From Candidatus Saccharimonadota bacterium (GTDB lineage: Bacteria > Bacteroidota > Bacteroidia > Flavobacteriales > Blattabacteriaceae), in assembly GCF_033370915.1 (NCBI RefSeq), contig NZ_CP104096.1, positions 34,701 through 66,700 on the forward strand: 32,000 bases of DNA. The letters are read 5' to 3'. Below, piece after piece: positions 1 to 10,178 of this stretch (positions are counted from its first letter, which is position 1; every line of letters begins with the position of its first letter). A program made the position numbers and the translations under genes. The notes beneath the pieces are model-generated. The model saw nothing but the letters and a program-made list of their open reading frames with translations. It was not told the origin of the DNA and ran no database searches.

Positions 1-116
1 ATGAAAATGTTACTAATGAAAATGTTACTAATGAAAATGTTACTACTGAAAATGTTACTAATGAAAATGTTACTAATAATAATAATGTTACTGAAAATGT
101 AACTGATAATAAAACT
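1..116 (+). repeat. In-frame 15-bp tandem repeat (AATGAAAATGTTACT = N-E-N-V-T) inside the grpE 5' region
   Basis: Units lie at 1..14 (partial), 15..29, 30..44, 45..59 (ACT variant) and 60..74. Degenerate copies follow at 75..116 (NNNNVT, ENVT, DNKT). The repeat continues beyond the left edge of the window. Confidence 0.9.
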
Positions 117-530
117 GAAAAAGATTATTATAAAGAAAAATATTTAAGAACATTAGCAGAATTTGAAAATTATAAAAAAAGAAATGAAAATGAAAATAAA
201 AAAATATATAAAAATTATAAAGGAAAAATAATAAATTATATTTTACCTATATTAGATGATTTTGAACGTTATATAAAAGAAGAAAAAATAACAAAAAAAA
301 ATGGTATATATTTTATATATAAAAAATTTATAAGTATTTTAGAAAATTATGGCCTTAAAAAAATAGATGTAAAAATAGGGGATAAATTTAATTATGATAT
401 ACATAATGCTATATCTCAAATAAAAGTGAATAATAAAAAAATGAAAAATAAAATAGTTAAAATATTAGAAAAAGGATATTATATATCTGATAAAATTATT
501 CGTTGTGCTAAAGTAATAGTAGGTAATTAA
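1..530 (+). CDS. grpE: GrpE nucleotide exchange factor, 5'-truncated by the window edge (codon frame starts at nt 3, stop TAA 528..530)
   Basis: My own translation gives ...EKYLRTLAEFENYKKRNENE...ILPILDDFERY...IVKILEKGYYISDKIIRCAKVIVGN*. This carries the typical GrpE AEFxNxxKR signature and C-terminal beta domain. It lies directly upstream of dnaJ. It is absent from the ORF track because the start lies outside the window. Confidence 0.85.
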   Translation, partial: ENVTNENVTNENVTTENVTNENVTNNNNVTENVTDNKTEKDYYKEKYLRTLAEFENYKKRNENENKKIYKNYKGKIINYILPILDDFERYIKEEKITKKNGIYFIYKKFISILENYGLKKIDVKIGDKFNYDIHNAISQIKVNNKKMKNKIVKILEKGYYISDKIIRCAKVIVGN

Positions 531-559
531 TTTAATTTTAAATTAAATTATAAATAATT

Positions 560-1600
560 ATGAAAGATTATTATAAAATTTTAGGAGTTTATAAAAATGC
601 TTCATTAAATGAAATAAAACAAGCTTATAGAAAATTAGCAATTAAATATCATCCAGATAAAAATCCAAATAATAAAATTGCTGAGGAAAAATTTAAAGAA
701 GCAGCTGAAGCTTATAGTGTATTAAGCGATCCGAATAAAAAAAAAAGGTATGATAGCAATAGAAATAATAATACATATACAGAATATAGCGAATATACAA
801 ATATGGATGATATATTTAGTAATTTTGGAGATATTTTTAGTGAAAGTTTTGAAAGTTTTACAGATTTTAATTTTACAAGAAAAAAATATAATAAAATAAA
901 AGGAAGTAATTTAAGAATTAATTTAAAAGTTACTTTAGAAGAAATTAATAAAGGAGTAGAAAAAATAATAAAAGTAAACAGATTAAAAGTAGACAAAAAT
1001 ATAAAATTTAAAAATTGTTATAATTGTAATGGTACTGGAGTAGTAACTAATATAACTAAAACTTTTTTAGGAAGAATGCAAACAACTATCAAATGTAATA
1101 TTTGTAATGGTATAGGAAAAGTAATATTTCCACAAAATGCTAAATTATTAATTAAATATGAAGAATTAATAAATATAAAAATACCTTCTGGAGTGACTGA
1201 AGGAATAGAATTAAAAATACAGGGTAAAGGAAATGAAGCACCTTATGGAGGTAAAACAGGGGATTTAATAATTTTAATAAAAGAAATACCACATAAAATT
1301 TTTAAGAGAAAAGGAAAGAATATATATTATAATTTATATATATCTATACCTGATGCAATATTAGGAACAGTGAAAAAAATAAAAACATTAAATGAAAATA
1401 TAAAAATAAAGATTAAATCTGGTACTCAAAATGGGCAAAAAATAATATTAAAAAATAAAGGATTACCATCAATAAATGGATCAATAAAAGGAGATTTTAT
1501 AATAAAAATAATAGTTTGGATACCTAAAAAAATAAATTATAAACAAAAAAAATTATTTGAAAAAATAAAAAAAGATAAAAATTTTCTGATAAATAAATGA
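560..1600 (+). CDS. dnaJ: Chaperone DnaJ (reduced form)
   Basis: The J domain reads DYYKILGV...[14 protein letters not shown]. Only two CxxCxGxG motifs are present ([16 protein letters not shown]). The C-terminal peptide-binding domains are recognisable. The TGA stop overlaps the mnmA ATG (ATGA). Confidence 0.92.
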   Translation: MKDYYKILGVYKNASLNEIKQAYRKLAIKYHPDKNPNNKIAEEKFKEAAEAYSVLSDPNKKKRYDSNRNNNTYTEYSEYTNMDDIFSNFGDIFSESFESFTDFNFTRKKYNKIKGSNLRINLKVTLEEINKGVEKIIKVNRLKVDKNIKFKNCYNCNGTGVVTNITKTFLGRMQTTIKCNICNGIGKVIFPQNAKLLIKYEELINIKIPSGVTEGIELKIQGKGNEAPYGGKTGDLIILIKEIPHKIFKRKGKNIYYNLYISIPDAILGTVKKIKTLNENIKIKIKSGTQNGQKIILKNKGLPSINGSIKGDFIIKIIVWIPKKINYKQKKLFEKIKKDKNFLINK

Positions 1601-2724
1601 AAAAAGTAGTAATAGCATTATCAGGAGGAGTAGATTCAAGTGTATCAGCATATTTATTAAAAAATATGGGGTATGAAGTAATAGGAATATTTATGTATAA
1701 TTGGAGTAATAATAATTGTATGTGGGAGGATATAAGAGATGCTATGTTAATATCAAATAAATTAAATATTCCATTTTATGTATTTGATTTAAGAAAAGAA
1801 TATAGGAAAGGAGTAATAAATTATATGTATGAAGGATATAAAAAAGGAATTACTCCTAATCCTGATATTATTTGTAATGAAAAAATTAAATTTGGTATAT
1901 TTTTAAAAAAAGCATTAAAATTAAATGTTGATTATATAGCAACTGGTCATTATGTAAGAAAAAAAATAATTTATAATAATAAAAAAAAAATTTATTGTTT
2001 ATTATCAGGTAAAGATGTTAAAAAAGATCAATCTTATTTTTTATGTAGATTAAATCAATATCAATTATCTAAAAGTTTATTTCCATTAGGAAATTTAACT
2101 AAAAAAGAAGTAAGAAAAATAGCATTAAAATTAAATTTTTATAATGCATATAAAAAAGATTCACAAGGTTTATGTTTTGTAGGAAAAATAAAATTAATTA
2201 ATTTTTTACAAAAAAAAATAAAAAAAAAAATAGGGAATATATATTATATATCTTCTAAAAAAAAAAAAAATATTAATAATGATAATGAATATGAAAAAAT
2301 TTATAATTCTAAAATAATAGGTAAACATTATGGAAATTATTATTTTACTATTGGACAAAGAAAACATTTAAATATAAAAGGATATAAATATCCTTTATTT
2401 TTATTTTATAAAAATAAAAATAGAAATATATTATATGTATGTAAAAAAAATCATAAAGAATTATATAAAAAATTTATTTTAATAAAAAAAAATACTATAC
2501 ATTGGATAAGAAAAAAATATATATTAAATTTAATAAAAAAAAATAAAGGAAAAATAAAGGTAATGTGTAAAATAAGATATAATCAAAATATGGAAAAAGC
2601 AATATTATATTTTAATAATTTAGGAATATTAGTAAATTTTTATAATTATCAATTTGCAGTTACTCCAGGACAATTTATTGTATGGTATATTAATAAGGAA
2701 TTAATAGGATCAGGAATAATATGA
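1597..2724 (+). CDS. mnmA: tRNA-specific 2-thiouridylase MnmA
   Basis: PP-loop [15 protein letters not shown] is present, with conserved ATGHY and DQSYFL motifs. Confidence 0.92.
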   Translation: MKKVVIALSGGVDSSVSAYLLKNMGYEVIGIFMYNWSNNNCMWEDIRDAMLISNKLNIPFYVFDLRKEYRKGVINYMYEGYKKGITPNPDIICNEKIKFGIFLKKALKLNVDYIATGHYVRKKIIYNNKKKIYCLLSGKDVKKDQSYFLCRLNQYQLSKSLFPLGNLTKKEVRKIALKLNFYNAYKKDSQGLCFVGKIKLINFLQKKIKKKIGNIYYISSKKKKNINNDNEYEKIYNSKIIGKHYGNYYFTIGQRKHLNIKGYKYPLFLFYKNKNRNILYVCKKNHKELYKKFILIKKNTIHWIRKKYILNLIKKNKGKIKVMCKIRYNQNMEKAILYFNNLGILVNFYNYQFAVTPGQFIVWYINKELIGSGII

Positions 2725-4007
2725 AAAAAATTGCTTTTTTTACTATTGGATGTAAATTAAATTTTTCTGAAACCTCAATAATAAGTAAAAGTTTTAATAA
2801 AAAAAAATATAAAATAGTAGATTTTAAAGATTATGCAGATATATATGTTATAAATACATGTGCTGTAACTCACAAAGCGGAAAAAGATTTAAAATATAAA
2901 GTTAAATATATATTAAAAAAAAATAATAATGCATTTATTATAGCATTAGGTTGTTATTCACAAATAGAAAAAAATAAATTATATAAGATTAAAGGAATTA
3001 ATTTAGTATTAGGGAATGATAAAAAATTTAATATTATTGATTATATAGAAAAAAAAAAAAATATATATTCTTGTGAATTATTTACATTACCAAACGAATA
3101 TAAAGACGCATATTCAATTGAAAAAAACAGAACTAGATCTTTTTTAAAAATACAAGATGGATGTAATTATAAATGTTCATATTGTACAATACCATTAGCT
3201 AGAGGTTTATCACGTTCTAATAGTATTAAAAATATTATAAAAAATATATATAATATTTTAAATAAAGGAATAAAAGAAATAGTTTTAACAGGAGTAAATA
3301 TTGGAGATTATAAATATAAGAATAAAGATTTTTTATGTTTAATAAAAGAAATTGAAAAAATAAAAAAGTTAAAAAGAATAAGAATATCTTCAATAGAACC
3401 TAATTTATTAAAAGATAATATAATTAAATTTATATCTAAAAGTAAAAAATTTTTAAATCACTTTCATATACCATTACAATCAGGAAGTGATTATATTTTA
3501 AAAAAAATGAGAAGAAGATATTTAACCAAACTATATTTAAATAAAATTAATAAAATAAAATCTATAATACCAGATGCTTGTATAGGTTCAGATGTTATAG
3601 TAGGTTTTCCAGGGGAAAATAACAAATATTTTATGGAAACTTATAATTTAATTAAATCAATTAAACTATCATATTTACATGTATTTTCTTTTTCACCGAG
3701 AAAAAACACTAAAGCATTTAAAATGAAAAATAAAATAGATAATAATATAATCAAATATAGAAGTAAAATTTTAAGAAAAATTTCTAATTTAAAAACTAGA
3801 TTATTTTATAAATCTTTTTTAGGAACTAAAAGAAAAGTTTTATTTGAAAATAAAAAAAATGATTGGATATATGGTTATACAGATAATTATATTAAAGTAA
3901 AAATAAAAGGTTCTAAGAAAAATATAAATAAAATTATAAATGTAATGTTAGAAAAAATAGAAAATGAAAATAATAAAAATATAATAATAGGAAAAATTTT
4001 AAAATAA
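2721..4007 (+). CDS. mtaB: Radical-SAM tRNA methylthiotransferase, MtaB-like (MiaB/RimO family)
   Basis: The N-terminal UPF0004 domain reads FFTIGCKLNFSET. The radical-SAM CxxxCxxC motif reads GCNYKCSYCTIP. A TRAM-like C-terminus is present. Assignment within the family is by resemblance to the MtaB N-terminus only. Confidence 0.75.
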   Translation: MKKIAFFTIGCKLNFSETSIISKSFNKKKYKIVDFKDYADIYVINTCAVTHKAEKDLKYKVKYILKKNNNAFIIALGCYSQIEKNKLYKIKGINLVLGNDKKFNIIDYIEKKKNIYSCELFTLPNEYKDAYSIEKNRTRSFLKIQDGCNYKCSYCTIPLARGLSRSNSIKNIIKNIYNILNKGIKEIVLTGVNIGDYKYKNKDFLCLIKEIEKIKKLKRIRISSIEPNLLKDNIIKFISKSKKFLNHFHIPLQSGSDYILKKMRRRYLTKLYLNKINKIKSIIPDACIGSDVIVGFPGENNKYFMETYNLIKSIKLSYLHVFSFSPRKNTKAFKMKNKIDNNIIKYRSKILRKISNLKTRLFYKSFLGTKRKVLFENKKNDWIYGYTDNYIKVKIKGSKKNINKIINVMLEKIENENNKNIIIGKILK

Positions 4008-5701
4008 TGATAAAAAAATTAATTATTAATTTATCAAAACAAATAAATAAACATAATTATAGATATTATATACTAAATAAACCTATAATTTCAAATTATG
4101 AATATGATAAACTATTAAAAAAATTGATAAAATTAGAAAAAAAATATAATTTTATTTATAAAAATTCTCCAATTAAACAATTTAATAAAAATTTATTAAA
4201 TAAAAAATTTAAAGTTACTAAACATTATTTTAAAATGTTTTCTATAAAAAATGTATATAGTAAAGAAAATATGAAAATATGGAAAAAAAAAATTGATAAA
4301 AAAATAGGAAAAAAAAATAATTATATATGTGAATTAAAATATGATGGAATAGCAATGAGTTTAATATATAAATATGGAAAATTAAAAAGTGCTATTACTA
4401 GAGGAGATGGGAAATATGGCAATGAAGTAATTAATAATATTTTATTTATAAATAATATAAAAAAATATATAAAAAAAATAAAAAATATAAAAATTTTTAA
4501 TATTAAAGGTGAAATAGTTTTTTCTAAAAAAAATTTTAATATTATAAATAAAATAAATAAAAAAAAATATTCTAATCCAAGAAATGCAGCTAATGGAACT
4601 ATACATAGTAAATATTATAATAAAAATATAAAATATTTAGATTTTATACCATATAGTATATATACTAATGATAATAATTTAAATATTAATAATCAATTAA
4701 AATCAATTAAATTAATAGAAAATTTATATTTTAAATATCCAAAAAAATCTTATAAATTATGTAAAAGTAGTAAACAAATCATAAATTATATATCATATTG
4801 GGAAAAAAATATATCTATATATCCTTATCCTATAGATGGAATAGTAATTAAAATAAATGATTTAAATATTCAAAAACAATTTAAATATAATAATATTTTT
4901 TATAAATGGTGTATAGCTTATAAATTTAAAGATAAAGAATTAATTACTAAAGTTAAAAAAGTAAAATTTAATGTTGGTAAAAGTGGAATAATTGTACCAG
5001 TAGTTTATTTTAAACCTATTTATATAAATGGTACAATAATAAAAAAAGCTTCATTATATAATAGTAATATTTATAATAAATATAATTTATCAATAAATGA
5101 TAAAATAATAATTAAAAAATCAGGAAATATAATACCTAAAATAATTAAAAATATAAATATAAATAAAAATAAAAATAAAAAAATAAATTTTACTTTATAT
5201 TGTCCTAGTTGTAATAAATTATTAAAAAAAAAAAATAATATTTTAATTTGTAAAAATGATAAAAAATGTAAAAAACAAATAATTGAAAAAATTAAACATT
5301 TTATTAGTGCAATGAAAATAAAAATTAATAATAATATTATTAATAAATTATTTGATAATAATAAATTAAATAATATTACTGATTTATATAATTTAAATAA
5401 AAATGATTTTTTACTTATTTATGTAAAATCTAAAGTTTATATAAGAATTTTAAATGAAATTAAAAATTCTAAAAAAAATAATTTAAATAATTTTTTATTT
5501 TCTTTATGTATTCCTAGTATTGGAAAATATATTTGTAAAAAAATTGAAAAAAAATATAAAAATTTATATAATTTATTAAAAAATATTAAAAAAAATAATA
5601 TAAAATTTTTAGGTAAAAATATAGAAAAAAATATAAAAAAATATTTTAATAAAAATAGTTTAATTATTAAAAAATTTATAAAATTAGGTTTTAAAATATG
5701 A
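4007..5701 (+). CDS. ligA: NAD-dependent DNA ligase LigA (short, apparently lacking a BRCT domain)
   Basis: The adenylation motif is KxDG in CELKYDGIAMSLIY. A four-Cys zinc finger reads CPSCNKLL...ICKNDKKC. The protein is 564 aa, with only about 140 aa after the zinc finger. Confidence 0.88.
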   Translation: MIKKLIINLSKQINKHNYRYYILNKPIISNYEYDKLLKKLIKLEKKYNFIYKNSPIKQFNKNLLNKKFKVTKHYFKMFSIKNVYSKENMKIWKKKIDKKIGKKNNYICELKYDGIAMSLIYKYGKLKSAITRGDGKYGNEVINNILFINNIKKYIKKIKNIKIFNIKGEIVFSKKNFNIINKINKKKYSNPRNAANGTIHSKYYNKNIKYLDFIPYSIYTNDNNLNINNQLKSIKLIENLYFKYPKKSYKLCKSSKQIINYISYWEKNISIYPYPIDGIVIKINDLNIQKQFKYNNIFYKWCIAYKFKDKELITKVKKVKFNVGKSGIIVPVVYFKPIYINGTIIKKASLYNSNIYNKYNLSINDKIIIKKSGNIIPKIIKNININKNKNKKINFTLYCPSCNKLLKKKNNILICKNDKKCKKQIIEKIKHFISAMKIKINNNIINKLFDNNKLNNITDLYNLNKNDFLLIYVKSKVYIRILNEIKNSKKNNLNNFLFSLCIPSIGKYICKKIEKKYKNLYNLLKNIKKNNIKFLGKNIEKNIKKYFNKNSLIIKKFIKLGFKI

Positions 5702-6447
5702 GATATTTTATAAAATTATCATATAATGGTTATTATTTTAAAGGATGGCAAAAACAAAATAATAATAATTTAACTATTGAAGAAGAAATTGAAAATAAAA
5801 TTTCTATTATTTTAAATAAAAAAATTAATATAATAGGTGCCAGTAGAACTGATAGTGGAGTACACGCAAAATTAATGTTTGCTCATTTTGATTATAAAAA
5901 TACAATTAATAAAAAACAATTTCTATATAAAATAAATTTATTAATTTCTTCTTATATAAAAATTTATGATTTATTTAAGGTTAAAACTAATGTACACGCT
6001 AGATTTAGCGCAATATATAGAATATATAAATATATAATAGGTTATAAAAAAAATCCATTTTATAAAAATTTATATTGGTATTGGAAATATAAAAATAAAT
6101 TAAATATTAATTTAATGAATAAAGCAATTAATATAATAATTAATAGAAAAAATTTTATTTTATTTTCAACTACTAATAAAAAATTAAATAACTATAATTG
6201 TAATATATATTATGCTTATTGGAAGAAAAAAAAACAATATATTTATTTTATTATAAAATCTAATAGATTTTTAAGAAAAATGGTAAGATTTATAATTTCA
6301 ATATGTATAGAAATAGGTTTAAAAAAAATTACTATATATGATTTAAAAAATAAAATAAAAAATAAAAATATTTTTTTTAATATTAATATTCCCCCATATG
6401 GTTTATATTTAAAAAAAATAAAATATAATAAAAATATTTTATTATAA
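5698..6447 (+). CDS. truA: tRNA pseudouridine(38-40) synthase TruA
   Basis: The catalytic motif GASRTDSGVHA is present. The N-terminus YFIKLSYNGYYFKGWQKQ is typical of TruA. Confidence 0.9.
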   Translation: MRYFIKLSYNGYYFKGWQKQNNNNLTIEEEIENKISIILNKKINIIGASRTDSGVHAKLMFAHFDYKNTINKKQFLYKINLLISSYIKIYDLFKVKTNVHARFSAIYRIYKYIIGYKKNPFYKNLYWYWKYKNKLNINLMNKAINIIINRKNFILFSTTNKKLNNYNCNIYYAYWKKKKQYIYFIIKSNRFLRKMVRFIISICIEIGLKKITIYDLKNKIKNKNIFFNINIPPYGLYLKKIKYNKNILL

Positions 6448-6471
6448 ATATGCATATTAAATATTTTAAAT

Positions 6472-7395
6472 TTAATATTTTAAAAGATATTTTTCAACAT
6501 CTAAAGCTGCCATACATCCAGATCCAGCCGATGTTATAGCTTGTCTATATTTTTTATCTTGTACATCACCAGCAGCAAATATTCCAGGTATATTAGTTTT
6601 TGTAGATTTATTTTTAGTAATTATATATCCGTTTTTATCCATTTTAATTTTATTTTTAAATATTAAAGTATTTGGATAACTTCCAATTGCTATAAATACA
6701 CCTGAAACTTTAATTTTTATTATTTTATTATTTAAATTTAATAAATTAATATATTTTAATTTTTTATCACCTAAAAAATTATTTATTTTTTTATTAAATA
6801 ATATTTTTATATTTTTTATTTTATATAATATATTTTGTAAATATTTTGAAGCTTTTAATTTATTTTTTCTTACTATTAAATAAATTATTTTACATATTTT
6901 AGATAATAATATACTATACTCTAATGCTGTTTCTCCTCCTCCAATAACAGCTACTATTTTATTTTTATAAAACATTCCATCACATATAGCACAATATGAT
7001 ATACCATAACCTAAATATTTTTTTTCATATTTAATATTTAAAGATTTAGGTAATGAACCAGTAGCAATTATTACTGATTTTGTAATTATTTTTTTATTTT
7101 CTTTAGTATACAAAAAATGTAATTTATTATTATTAAATGATACTTTAAAAATTTTATTAGTTTTTATTATTGTACCAAATTTTATAGCTTGTTTTTTCAT
7201 TTCTGACATTAATTTTATACCTAATATACCTTTAGAAAATCCTGGATAATTTTCAACAATTTTTGTATTTACTAATTGTCCACCTGGTAAATCACCAGTG
7301 TATAAATAATGTTTAATATTAGATCTAGCTAAATATATAGCAGAGGTATATCCTGCTGGTCCTGAACCGATTATTACACAATCTATAATTTTCAT
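6472..7395 (-). CDS. trxB: Thioredoxin-disulfide reductase
   Basis: The FAD motif GSGPAGYTSAIYLAR, the redox-active CAICDG, the NADPH motif GGGETALE and the C-terminal GIFAAGDV are all present. Confidence 0.93.
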   Translation of the reverse strand: MKIIDCVIIGSGPAGYTSAIYLARSNIKHYLYTGDLPGGQLVNTKIVENYPGFSKGILGIKLMSEMKKQAIKFGTIIKTNKIFKVSFNNNKLHFLYTKENKKIITKSVIIATGSLPKSLNIKYEKKYLGYGISYCAICDGMFYKNKIVAVIGGGETALEYSILLSKICKIIYLIVRKNKLKASKYLQNILYKIKNIKILFNKKINNFLGDKKLKYINLLNLNNKIIKIKVSGVFIAIGSYPNTLIFKNKIKMDKNGYIITKNKSTKTNIPGIFAAGDVQDKKYRQAITSAGSGCMAALDVEKYLLKY

Positions 7396-7452
7396 TTTAT
7401 TAATTTAAATATATATTTATTATATATATATCATACAATCAATTAACTTAAA

Positions 7453-8598
7453 ATGTTATTTAATAATAATGATAATGAAATATTTGAAATAATAATTGAA
7501 GGAGTTTTAGAAATAAATAATGAAAATTATGGCTTTTTAAGATCTTCAGATTTTAATTATATTACTTCACCTGATGATATTTATGTATCTAAATCACATA
7601 TTAAATTATTTGAATTGAAAACAGGTGATACTATTAACTGCAAAATTAGACCTCCTATAAATGGAGAAAAATATTTTCAATTAGTAAAAGTAATAAAAAT
7701 AAATGGTATATCACCTTCTAAAACTATTGATAGATTAACTTTTGAACATTTAATTCCTCTTTTTCCTAATGAAAAATTTAATTTATCAGGAAAACAATCT
7801 TCTATATCAACTAGAATAATAGATTTATTTTCACCTATTGGTAAAGGTCAAAGAGCATTAATTGTTGCACCTCCTAAAGCAGGAAAAACTAATTTATTAA
7901 AAGATTGCGCTAATTGTATTGATAAAAATCATCCTGAAGTTTATCAAATAATATTATTAATAGATGAAAGACCTGAAGAAGTAACAGATATGAAAATAAA
8001 TGTTAATGGGGAAGTAATTTCATCAACATTTGATGAACATCCTGAAAAACACGTAAAAGTAGCAAATATAGTTTTAAATAAATCTATGAGAATGGTTGAA
8101 TGTGGTCATGATGTTGTAATTTTATTAGATTCTATTACTAGATTAGCAAGAGCTTATAATAGTATTACTCCTACTTCAGGAAGAATATTATCAGGTGGAA
8201 TAGATTCAAATGCTTTACAAAAACCTAAAAGATTTTTTGGATCAGCTAGAAATATTGAAAATGGTGGTTCTTTAACTATAATAGCAACTGCAATGATTGA
8301 AACAGGTTCTAAAATGGATGAAGTAATTTATGAAGAATTTAAAGGCACTGGTAATATGGAATTACTATTAAGTAGAAAAATAGCAAATAAAAGAATTTTT
8401 CCAGCTATAGATTTAATTTCATCAAGTACTAGAAGAGAAGAATTATTATTTGATAAATATACTTTTGATAGAATGTCAATTTTAAGAAAATATATATCAA
8501 ATATAAATTCTATAGACGCAATAGAATTAATAAAAGAAAAATTATTAATTACTAAAAGTAATAAAGAATTTTTAGATTCTATTTCTATAAATAAATAA
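7453..8598 (+). CDS. rho: Transcription termination factor Rho (N-terminally short)
   Basis: Conserved segments are GVLEI..NYGFLRS, IRPP...KYF, Walker [31 protein letters not shown] and [11 protein letters not shown]. An in-frame TAA lies 9..7 nt upstream of the ATG (7444..7446), so no longer N-terminus is possible. Confidence 0.95.
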   Translation: MLFNNNDNEIFEIIIEGVLEINNENYGFLRSSDFNYITSPDDIYVSKSHIKLFELKTGDTINCKIRPPINGEKYFQLVKVIKINGISPSKTIDRLTFEHLIPLFPNEKFNLSGKQSSISTRIIDLFSPIGKGQRALIVAPPKAGKTNLLKDCANCIDKNHPEVYQIILLIDERPEEVTDMKINVNGEVISSTFDEHPEKHVKVANIVLNKSMRMVECGHDVVILLDSITRLARAYNSITPTSGRILSGGIDSNALQKPKRFFGSARNIENGGSLTIIATAMIETGSKMDEVIYEEFKGTGNMELLLSRKIANKRIFPAIDLISSSTRREELLFDKYTFDRMSILRKYISNINSIDAIELIKEKLLITKSNKEFLDSISINK

Positions 8599-10065
8599 TT
8601 ATTTCATTTGTGGAAATAAAATTACTTCTTGTATATATTCATTATTAGTAAATAATGCTATTAATCTATCAATTCCTATTCCTATTCCAACAGTAGGTGG
8701 CATACCAATTTTTAACGCTTTTATAAAGTCTTTATCAATAATTTTTTTATTTTGTTGTTTAAATCTATATAATTGTTCTATTGGATCATTTAATTCTGAA
8801 TATGCATTAGCTATTTCTTTTCCATTTATATATAATTCAAATCTTTCAGTTAATTTATTATTATTATTTTTACATTTTGCTAAAGGACTCATATATTTAG
8901 GATAATCTGTAATAAATATAGGTTTTATAATATTTTTTTTACAATAAGTATCAAATATATTATCAATTAATTTTTCTTTTTTATTTATATCAATATTTAA
9001 TTTTAACATTTTACTAATTTTTAATAATTCTTTTAATGATAATTTTTCGTTAATATATAAATTGGTTTTTTTATTTATATAATCAAATAATTTTATTTTT
9101 TTTATTTTTTTTGAAAAATCTATAATTTTATTATTTATATTAATTGTATATTTATTAAAAGTTTTTTTACAAATATATTTTAATAATTTTTGTAAAAAAT
9201 TCATCATCCATTTATAATTTTTATAAGCAACATAAAATTCTAAAATAGTAAATTCAGGATTATGAGTTTTATCTATACTTTCATTTCTAAAATTTCTTGA
9301 AAATTCATAAACCCCTTTAAAACCACCAACTATTAATCTTTTTAAATATAATTCATTAGAAATTCTTAAATATAAATATTTTTTAAATTTATTATGATAA
9401 GTAATAAAAGGTTTAGCATTTGCACCACCAGGAATATTTTGTAATATTGGTGTATCTACTTCAATAATATTATATTTATTTAAAAATTTTCTTATATTTT
9501 TTATAATTAATGATCTAATAATAAATATTTTTTTTATATTTTTATTTACTATAAGATCGATATATCTCATTCTATATCTTTTTTCTTTATTATTAAATTT
9601 ATCATATATTTTATTATTTTTAGTTTTTACATTAGGTATAGGATAAATACATTTAGATAATAATATTATTTTTTTTACTAATACAGTATATTCTTTTACT
9701 TTTGTTATAAATAAATTTCCTTTTATATATATAATATCACCTATATCTAAATATTTTTTAAATAAATAAATATAATATTTATGAAATTTATATTTTTTAT
9801 TTAAATTATTAATATTATAATATAATTGTATTTTTTTTTCACTACTATCTTTTATATCTATAAAAGATGAAGATTTCATATTTCTTATACTTATTATTCT
9901 ACCTGAAATTAATATTAAATCTTTATTTTTAATAATTTTTTTTTTATTTTTTAATAATAATTTTATATTATAATTTATTTTATATCCTTTAGAAGGATAC
10001 GGATTAATACCTAATAATTTTATATTATTTAGTTTATCTAATCTTATTTTTTCTTGTTCTGACAT
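8599..10065 (-). CDS. lysS: Lysine--tRNA ligase (class II)
   Basis: Motif 2 reads FRNESIDKTHNPEFTILEFY and motif 3 reads GIGIGIDRL. An N-terminal OB fold is present. Its stop codon directly abuts the rho stop codon. Confidence 0.93.
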   Translation of the reverse strand: MSEQEKIRLDKLNNIKLLGINPYPSKGYKINYNIKLLLKNKKKIIKNKDLILISGRIISIRNMKSSSFIDIKDSSEKKIQLYYNINNLNKKYKFHKYYIYLFKKYLDIGDIIYIKGNLFITKVKEYTVLVKKIILLSKCIYPIPNVKTKNNKIYDKFNNKEKRYRMRYIDLIVNKNIKKIFIIRSLIIKNIRKFLNKYNIIEVDTPILQNIPGGANAKPFITYHNKFKKYLYLRISNELYLKRLIVGGFKGVYEFSRNFRNESIDKTHNPEFTILEFYVAYKNYKWMMNFLQKLLKYICKKTFNKYTININNKIIDFSKKIKKIKLFDYINKKTNLYINEKLSLKELLKISKMLKLNIDINKKEKLIDNIFDTYCKKNIIKPIFITDYPKYMSPLAKCKNNNNKLTERFELYINGKEIANAYSELNDPIEQLYRFKQQNKKIIDKDFIKALKIGMPPTVGIGIGIDRLIALFTNNEYIQEVILFPQMK

Positions 10066-10178
10066 AATATTATTATAATAAATTAATATTTTAAGTATTT
10101 AATTTTTAAAGGTATAAAAATTTATATATTACTTTAAATTAAAAATATTATATAATTAATTTATATTTATAAAAAAAT

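Noticed and set aside
10066-10178. Promoter calls (-10/-35 or Bacteroidota -7/-33 motifs) in divergent spacers such as lysS/pth, trxB/rho and rlmB/rpsA
   Set aside because: Almost any window of this sequence resembles TATAAT or TAnnTTT. I could not single out any site from background, so no promoter features are reported.
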